64,000 nucleotides of DNA, taken from assembly GCA_950097015.1 (NCBI GenBank), contig CATNEN010000002.1:62001-126000 (forward strand). The letters are read 5' to 3'. Shown one piece after another: positions 56,101-64,000 of this stretch (position 1 is its first letter; each line of letters opens with the position of its first letter). Both the position numbers and the translations under genes were made by a program. The notes beneath the pieces were generated by a model. The model did no database searches. It was given only the letters and a program-made list of their open reading frames with translations, and was not told where the DNA came from. The stretch is from Macrostomum hystrix. Its lineage: Eukaryota; Animalia; Platyhelminthes.

Positions 56101-59100
56101 TCTCTCAGGTAAGCAGCTGGGCTAATTGATTGGCAAACTCGTACAGGTTATCCTGGCTGCAATCCACTTGACAGCTTTTATTTTGGGAGAAGGCTCGGGG
56201 CTTGTCGTACTATTTATGCTCTGAAGAGAAAGTTTACTAGCTGCCTGACAACGAGAAAGTCATGGCAGATGTACACACCTGTGTATGTGTGTGCCTGTGT
56301 ACGGTATCCGTAGTCAGTGGAATGGATAAAAAACGGACGATACCAGAAATCAAACGATATGCCTGCAACCACAGTCCACATGTAAACATAAATGTTCAAA
56401 TTAATATATTATTGCAGCCAGCTCCGTTTGGTGAACACGAGTCTGTTTCGCAGCCGGGTGGAACCGCTGGAGCTGAGAGAATTTCAGGCAAGCTGCGCTC
56501 GACACACTGAACTAGTCAGAGATCGGCTCGTCAGTTGGTGAGGCTTGGCTGGCTGACTGCTTCCAATCCCATGTAGAGATCGATTTATTATATTTCTTCC
56601 CATCATCATATGGTGCATTCTCTGCCATCGCAGGTGGGTCCCAGAGATTCGCCAGATTATCAACAGAGCTAAAAAACACGGCCAGTTACCAAACAACCCC
56701 GAGCTGATGCTAGCGTTCAACAATTGCGTAGCAACAATGATGACGCTGCAGCTGGAGAGTATGGGTCTGGCCTCAATGGAGGAGCTCACGAGTATGCTGG
56801 TTCAGCCTAAGGTAAGCCATTCAGTAATTAAATTAATTTTTAAGAGGAGGGAGGTGGGCGTCGGACGGGGTAGGACTGGAGAGCGCGCGGAGTGGGTTTG
56901 CAATAAGGAGGGAGGTGGGTGTTGCACGGGATAGGACTGGAGAGCGTGCGGAGTGGGTTTGCAATAAGGAGGAAGGTGGGTGTCAGACGGGATAGGACTT
57001 GAGAGCGTGCGGAGTGGGTTTGCAATAAGGAGGGAGGTGGGTGTCGGACGGGGTAGAACTGGAGAGCGTGCGGAGTGGGTTTGCAATAAGGAGGGAGGTG
57101 GGTGTCGGACGGGGTAGAACTGGAGAGCGTGCGGAGTGGGTTTGCAATAAGGAGGGAGGTGGGTGTCGGACGGGGTAGAACTGGAGAGCGTGCGGAGTGG
57201 GTTTGCAATACGGAGTGTAGGAAAGAACACAAAACTGAGGACATGAGATTCGGTGTGCTTTAGGGCTTTTTTTATGGAACTGAGAATTTCAGTATTTTTT
57301 GTATATTTACGAGCAGCACATGTAGATTTTCTAGGCGACAACCAACACAGATTCCCATTTTCCCACCGCAGAAATCGGTTCTTGCCTACGAGCATCCTGG
57401 ATTTTTGCTTGGCTGTCGCCTAGACAACGACCGTATCCGCCTGGAGCCAGGCCTGAACGACTTCAGTACCAGGCTGCATGCAGTCTATGACAACGCATTG
57501 GCTGCACTAGCATCGATTCCCAGGGCTGATTCCACTAACAATGCCGTAATGCTTCGTCCTATTTTTGGTGATGAGGCGGCAGCCAAGCACAAGGCTCGCG
57601 TCGCTGAGACCCTCTTGCGCGACGGTGACACACCGCGTCGTCTGGTCGCTCAATTCGAGACGTCTTACGGTGCTTTGGTGACTCGTCAAGCCGAGCGGGA
57701 GGTCGCAGCTATGCTGGACCGTCCAGGCGAAGCTGCTAGCGGCGACGGAGCGACTGGTGACATCAGTGACGGTGTCGGATTCGCCGAGCTGTCGCGTGAG
57801 CTCAAAAAGCACCGTCGAATTGGCGAGCGCGCAATGACAGGACCCATGAGGCAACAGCGACTGGGCACATTCGACATGCGCTGCCACCAGCTCATTGCCG
57901 GACTCACCGAGCGCTCCGACGCACTCTGCGAGCGCATCCTCGACCGGATGATGGACTTGCACCGGCTGGGCAACCAGCGACTGGTAGCAACCTACGAGGA
58001 AATCGCTGAGAAGGCGCTAACGCTACCGGCCAGTACTGCTCAGCTGATGGAGTTGCGAGCTTTCGTCGAGAAATCTCGCACGGAGACAGTCAAAGACATT
58101 GCCAGGCAGCTGGATGAAAGTCGCGATCGTTTGGTATTTCTCGTTGAGCGCATCAGCTTCGCCAATCACGATTTGGACCTGAACGCCTCAGTTTTCACCT
58201 GGGAGGCGCGGCTGCCCAATGTCTTTGATGAGCACCGCGCCATATTCGAGGAGAAGAGCGCCCAGTTTCAGGAGAATCTGCGCTTCAAGCGCGAGCAGTT
58301 TTCTTCGGAGCTGCAAAGCTACGCCCGTCGGCTGGAAGAGTTTCAGACATTCACCGACATCTCGCAGGTGCCGCGCTACCTAGAGAAAGCACAGAAGCTA
58401 AATAATCAACTGGAGGCGGCCTCTGAGAAGGTGGAGGCTCTCAACAATGAGGAGGAAGCCTATGGATGGCCACCGACGCCCTATCCGCAGCGAGTGCAAG
58501 TTCTAACAGCTCTGAGACCCTACAAGCAGCTCTATGAGCTGACGGTTGACTTTGAAAGAAAGCATCACGAATGGATGGACGGTCCAATGGCTGGCGTGGT
58601 GCCGGACACAGTTGCCGACGAAGTGAGCAGCCTGTGGCGCTCGCTCTATAAGCTGGAGAAGACCTTCGACGATGTGCCGTCGGCGAAGCGAATCGCGTCG
58701 AGAATGCGAGACCGCGTCGACGATTTCAAAGAACACCTGCCGCTGATCTCTTGTCTTTTTAATCCGGGTCTGCGGGATCGGCACTGGCGTCAGATATCCG
58801 ACATGATTGGGTGTCCACTGCAGCCAGATGCAGAGATGAGTTTGGCCAAGCTTCTAGCCATGAATCTCAACTCCTACGTGCACCGGTTTGAGACAGTGTC
58901 CGAAGCGGCCACCAAAGAGTACAATCTGGAGAAGACGCTAAACAAGATGCGAGCAGAGTGGGAGTCGATCGAGTTTGTCATGATACCGTACAGGGAGACA
59001 GGGACGCACATATTATCGTCAATCGATGATATCCAAATCCTGCTTGACGACCACATTGTCAAGACTCAGACGATGCGCGGCTCTCCGTTCATCAAGCCGT

Positions 59101-62100
59101 TCGAGGCTGAAATTAAAGACTGGGAGCAGAAGCTCATCCTGCTGCAAGATGTGCTCGACGACTGGCTGAAGGTGCAGGCGACGTGGCTCTATCTGGAGCC
59201 GATCTTCAGCTCGCCAGACATTATGGCCCAGATGCCCGAAGAGGGTCGGCGCTTTACCACTGTGGACAAGAACTGGCGCGAGATCATGAAGTCGGCAATC
59301 TCTGACAAGCGAGTCATGCAAGTTGTGCTGATTGAGAAGCTGTTAGAGAGACTGCACAAGTCCAATGAGCTGCTCGACCTCATACAGAAGGGTCTGAACG
59401 ATTACTTGGAGAAAAAACGATTGTTTTTTCCTCGCTTCTTCTTCCTGTCAAATGACGAGCTGCTGGAGATCCTGTCCGAGACCAAGGACCCCACAAGAGT
59501 GCAGCCGCACCTTAAGAAATGCTTTGAAGGCATCGCCAGTCTGGAATTCACACCGGTGCTGGACATCACTCACATGAAGAGCTCCGAGGGTGAAGTTGTG
59601 CAGCTCAAGGAGGTCATCTCGACAGCCAGGGCTCGCGGTCAGGTTGAGAAGTGGCTCTTGGAGCTGGAGGGCGGCATGGTGCAGTCGGTGCACATGGCCA
59701 CACAAGCTGCTCTGGGAGATTTCAGTGAGACGCCGCGAGTACAGTGGGTTCGCAAATGGCCGGGTCAGGCAGTGCTCGCAATCGCCTGTCTCTATTGGAC
59801 CACCAACGTTCATGAGGCATTGCGCGCGGGGCCCGAGGCCATGACAGAGTATCTGAAGCAGAATAACAGCCAGATTGATGAGATTGTGACGCTGGTCCGC
59901 GGTAAGCTTTCCAAGCAGAATCGAACCACTCTTCAGGCTCTCATTGTGCTTGATGTGCACGCCCGGGACGTGCTGTCGCATCTCATTGAAGTCAAAGTTC
60001 GCGAGGAGAACGATTTTAGCTGGCTGAGTCAGCTCAGGTACTACTGGATTAGTGACAACCTGCAGACTCGAATGATCAATTCCATGCTCAGGTACGGCTA
60101 TGAATACCTGGGCAATAGTGGTCGACTAGTGATCACTCCGCTGACGGATCGCTGCTACCGGACCCTGTTCGGAGCTCTCCATCTTCATCTGGGCGGCGCG
60201 CCTGAGGGTCCAGCTGGTACCGGCAAGACTGAGACAACAAAGGATCTGGCCAAAGCCGTGGCGAAGCAGTGCGTGGTGTTCAATTGCTCAGACGGTCTGG
60301 ACTACATTGCGCTGGGAAAATTCTTCAAAGGCCTGGCCTCCTGCGGTGCCTGGTCCTGCTTCGACGAGTTCAACCGCATCGACCTTGAGGTGCTGTCGGT
60401 GGTGGCCCAGCAGATCCTCACCATTCAGAAGGCTGTCAATGCTGGCTCGGACTCGCTCGACTTTGAGGGCACCCACCTGAGGCTTGACGCCACCTGCGCT
60501 GTCTTCATCACCATGAATCCTGGGTTAGTGGTTGAGTCTTCTAGTTGCTGTTTATAGGGAGACTTAACAGAATGCTGTTAGGCATAAAATGTTTGGCACT
60601 ACAACAGAGACAAGGCTTGGGATCTGTGTGCTTGCACGTCTTGGTTTCAGTACGTTCTAGTTATGGTTTTCATTGTGTCCGGTTGTGAGTTGTTCCTTGT
60701 TGCAACTTTGATTCGAACTCAAGACCCTTGTTGTGGCTCATTATTTGTAAGAGCGTAAAAGTTTAGTACATTTAAAGTTATTAAGGTGCAAAATAAAACT
60801 ACGACGTAAATTGCAGCTACGCGGGTCGCTCAGAACTGCCGGACAACTTGAAGGCTCTCTTCCGCTCCGTAGCGATGATGGTGCCGGACTACGCCCTGAT
60901 CTCAGAGATCTCACTTTACTCCTGCGGCTTTATAAACGCCAGACCGCTGAGCATCAAGATCGTGGCTACCTACCGTCTGTGCTCCGAGCAGCTGTCCTCG
61001 CAGCCGCACTATGACTACGGCATGCGAGCCGTGAAATCAGTGCTGACTGCAGCAGGCAACCTCAAGCTGAAGTATCCCGACGAAAATGAGGACGTTCTGA
61101 TGCTGCGTTCGATCATCGATGTCAACCTGCCAAAGTTTCTCAACCACGACCTGCCCCTGTTCGAGGGCATCGCCTCCGACTTGTTCCCCGGGGTTCAACG
61201 TCCAACGCCAGATTACGAAACGTTCAACTCAGTCGTCAAGGAGGCTTGCCAGCGGAATAATCTGCAGTGCACCGAGTTTTTTCTGGAGAAGATTCAGCAG
61301 ATCTACGAGATGATGATTGTTCGCCACGGATTTATGATTGTCGGAGAGCCATTCGGTGGAAAGACGTCGGCTTACAAAGTGAGAATTAAAATAGGGATCG
61401 ATAAAAAATTTAATTGGGGCACCCACTTACTATGGTAAAACTTTAAGGTATAAAGTCAAATCTTAGTAGTCAATCCATTGAGCATACTTACGAGTAACAG
61501 AAGGTTAGGTTAGACGTTACGATAGCCACTAATGTAGTTAAAAAAGCATGTAACTTTATTTGCAGAAGAAACTGAAACTGCAGCACAAACCCATACCCAG
61601 GTCCTCGCCAAAGCCTTGGCCGAGCTGCAAAATCGCGGCGAAATGGAAGAAAACCGCGCCCAGTTCACCGTCATCAACCCGAAAGCGATCACAATGGGCC
61701 AGCTGTACGGCCAGTTCGACCCGGTGTCGCACGAGTGGTCGGACGGCATCCTGGCTGTGGCCTACCGAGCGTTCGCTACCTCGACGACACCCGACAGAAA
61801 ATGGCTGATCTTCGACGGCCCGGTAGATGCTGTCTGGATTGAAAACATGAACACCGTCCTGGACGACAACAAGAAGCTCTGCCTGATGAGCGGCGAAATC
61901 ATTCAACTAGCTCCGACTACGAATCTGATTTTCGAGCCGATGGATCTCGAAGCGGCTAGTCCGGCGACCGTCAGTCGCTGCGGCATGATCTACATGGAAC
62001 CCTCCAGCCTAGGCTGGCAACCTCTCGTCCAGTCCTGGCTGCGTCCAGTTCGACAAGCTGCAGGTGGCGGGCAGACCGACACCGACCTCGACGATTCCAT

Positions 62101-64000
62101 CGCAATCGGTGGTCAGAAAAGTGCAACCCGGTGCCTCGCCAAGGAGCACTGTGACCTAATCGAACGAATGTTTCATCGGTTTGTGGACGCAGGCATTGCA
62201 ATGGTGCGCAAAGGTGGCGGCAGGGAGCTGTCAAAAACATCCGACATCAATCTGGTCAAGTCGCTGATGAATCTAATCGACTGTCAGTTAGACGAGTTTC
62301 AAGAGGAAGCCAAAGTCGCAGCCATGGATGCCAAGCAGGCCAGGAGTTGGCTTGAGGTTAGTGTAGCAGAAAATACTTTACCACTTAAATCAGGCAGCTC
62401 GACTAGTGGAGCCAATAAATAGGCCATTTTAACTCAATGCATGTGCATTTCGTTCACAGGGAATCTTTCTATTCGCCTTTGTCTGGTCAGTGGGAGCCAC
62501 TATGGATGAAGCCGGGCGTCGAGGGTTTGATCGTCTTGCTAGAGAGCTCGCCGTTGGTGGCATGACCGATGATTTTCGCAACCAGCTAGCTCTGAATGAG
62601 GCAGTCGATCCACCTGCAGAAGCCTACCTGTGCCAATTTCCGATGACAGAAACGGTGTACGATTATCGCTTTGTCAAGGAGGGCCTTGGCCGATGGGAGC
62701 CGTGGTCGGCGTCGCTGCAAGACTTGCCGCCAATCGCCAAAGACGCTGAGTTCAACGAGATCATCGTGCCAACTGTAGACACGGTACGGTACACGCACCT
62801 TATGAGGCTGCTGGTGCTGCACGAGAAGCCGTGCCTGTTTGTCGGTCCTACGGGCACTGGAAAATCTTGTTACATTTCCCAGTTTCTCTACAGCACTTTG
62901 GACAAAGATGTGTACAAGCCAAACACGCTGAACTTCTCGGCGCAGACATCTGCCAACCAGACGCAGAACATAATCATGTCAAAGTTGGACCGTCGCCGAA
63001 AAGGTGTCTTTGGCCCGCCCATGGGCAAGAAGGTTGTTATCTTTGTTGACGACCTCAATATGCCAATAAGAGAGACTTACGGTGCACAGCCCCCTATAGA
63101 GCTGCTGCGCCAGTGGCTCGATCACTGGAACTGGTACGACCTCAAGGACACGTCCACCATCAATCTGGTCGATTTACTGTTTATTGGAGCTATGGGACCG
63201 CCTGGAGGCGGGCGAAGCATTATCACACCCAGGTTCTTGCGTCACCTCAACACAGTGACGATCAACGAATTCGATGATCTGACCATGTCAACCATATTTA
63301 GCAGCATTGTTCGCTGGCACATTGAAGCTCGAGGCTTCGGGCAGGATTTTCACCCGTGCATTGACCAGATTGTCCGAGGCACACTTGCCGTGTACAAGAG
63401 CGCCGCTGACAACTTGCTGCCAACTCCAGCCAAGTCGCACTACCTGTTCAATCTGAGAGACTTCAGCCGAGTTGTTCAAGGAGTATTGTTGTCCTCGACA
63501 GACACCACCGAAGATCCAGCTGGTCTCAAGCGACTCTGGCTACACGAAGTTCTACGCGTCTACTACGACCGTCTGGTTGATGACGTCGATCGAAAGTGGC
63601 TCTTTGAATACCTAAAGGAGGTGCTCCGAAAGGAGTTCCACGAAAACTTTCACCAGCTTCTTGGTCGACTGGACTTTGACGCCGACGGCGAGGTGACTGA
63701 GGATGACCTCCGATCCCTCATATATTGCGACTTCTCCAACCCGAAGACAAGCAAAGGCCGCTATGTTGAAGTGGACGACATGGAACGTCTAAGAGTTGTC
63801 TCCGAAGGCCACCTTGAAGAGTTCAACAATATGAGTAAGAAGCCCATGAATCTCGTGATGTTTCGCTTTGCTATTGAGCACGTATCGAGAATTTCTCGCA
63901 TCCTGAAGCACCCCAGAAGTCACGCCTTGCTAGTTGGCGTCGGAGGCTCAGGTAGACAGTCGCTCACTCGACTGGCGGCTCACATGGCCGACTATGACCT
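52115..64000 (+). CDS. DNAH7: Axonemal inner-arm dynein heavy chain 7-like, 5' portion; exons 52115-52310, 52668-52718, 52957-53071, 53547-53637, 55161-55558, 56418-56537, 56634-56811, 57372-60523, 60817-61378, 61601-62356, 62460-window end
   Basis: Phase-compatible GT-AG exons. [33 protein letters not shown] and YEHPGF match the DNAH7 N-terminus; P-loops AAA1 [11 protein letters not shown]2 [11 protein letters not shown]3 [11 protein letters not shown]4 GVGGSGRQS. The first two exons are less certain. Confidence 0.93.
53111..53157. repeat. (CTA)n microsatellite
   Basis: About 15 copies directly before a SINE body. Confidence 0.92.
53161..53500 (+). mobile_element. SINE body and tail (head missing), DNAH7 intron
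   Basis: ggagagaaggcctagggggcttgtcatgcaatttacgcccttgagggcc...tgctcaggagtcagtgaaatgggcagaattgcctcctcgctgg. Confidence 0.8.
54172..55098 (+). mobile_element. hAT-MITE copy with the 16-bp minisatellite, DNAH7 intron
   Basis: Starts caggggtc..agcgggccgcatt (left arm with an internal deletion) and ends gatttgggagcttcgagg..ccctg; flanks ggttagag/agctagag match at 6 of 8 positions. Confidence 0.78.
55735..55845 (+). mobile_element. Possible second SINE family fragment (B box plus CORE-like domain)
   Basis: ggttcgattc followed by gcaagacgcttag..cattgcttcagt..gctgttaaatgggtgcc resembles the central domain of CORE/V-type SINEs (from memory). Confidence 0.4.
56187..56320 (+). mobile_element. Degenerate SINE body fragment
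   Basis: ggagaaggctcggggcttgtcg...tgcctgacaacgagaaagtca..gcagatgtacacacctgtgt. Confidence 0.7.
56845..57210. repeat. Minisatellite, 61-bp unit, DNAH7 intron
   Basis: caataaggag recurs at 61-bp spacing from 56901; about 6 copies. Confidence 0.94.

Overview
Eukaryotic (metazoan) genomic DNA with GT-AG spliced genes and introns/intergenic space filled by about 20 unrelated mini/microsatellites. The style (GC-rich polyQ/polyA coding, minisatellite-stuffed introns) suggests a free-living flatworm such as Macrostomum; this is inference only. Genes: a class A GPCR that appears to break off in TM7 (+, ~12.1-13.7 kb); an intronless zinc-finger/coiled-coil/NHL protein (-, 20967-22592); a two-exon SoxB gene (+, 33830-37758); a seven-exon KIAA0513-like gene with a large Gly/Gln/Met repeat N-terminus (-, 39833-47992); and the 5' part of axonemal dynein heavy chain DNAH7 (+, 52115 to window end). 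Mobile DNA: one full-length, intact LOA/R1-group LINE (-, 27145-33637, 12-bp TSD), six copies of a tRNA-derived SINE, and five copies of a hAT-type MITE that carries a 16-bp minisatellite. The strongest hidden signal is a complete HDV-like self-cleaving ribozyme fold whose predicted cleavage site is exactly the first base of the LINE. It is followed by about eight structured 98-bp 5'UTR repeats, and the element sits head-to-head against the SoxB promoter. Most long ORFs in the supplied track are repeat artefacts.
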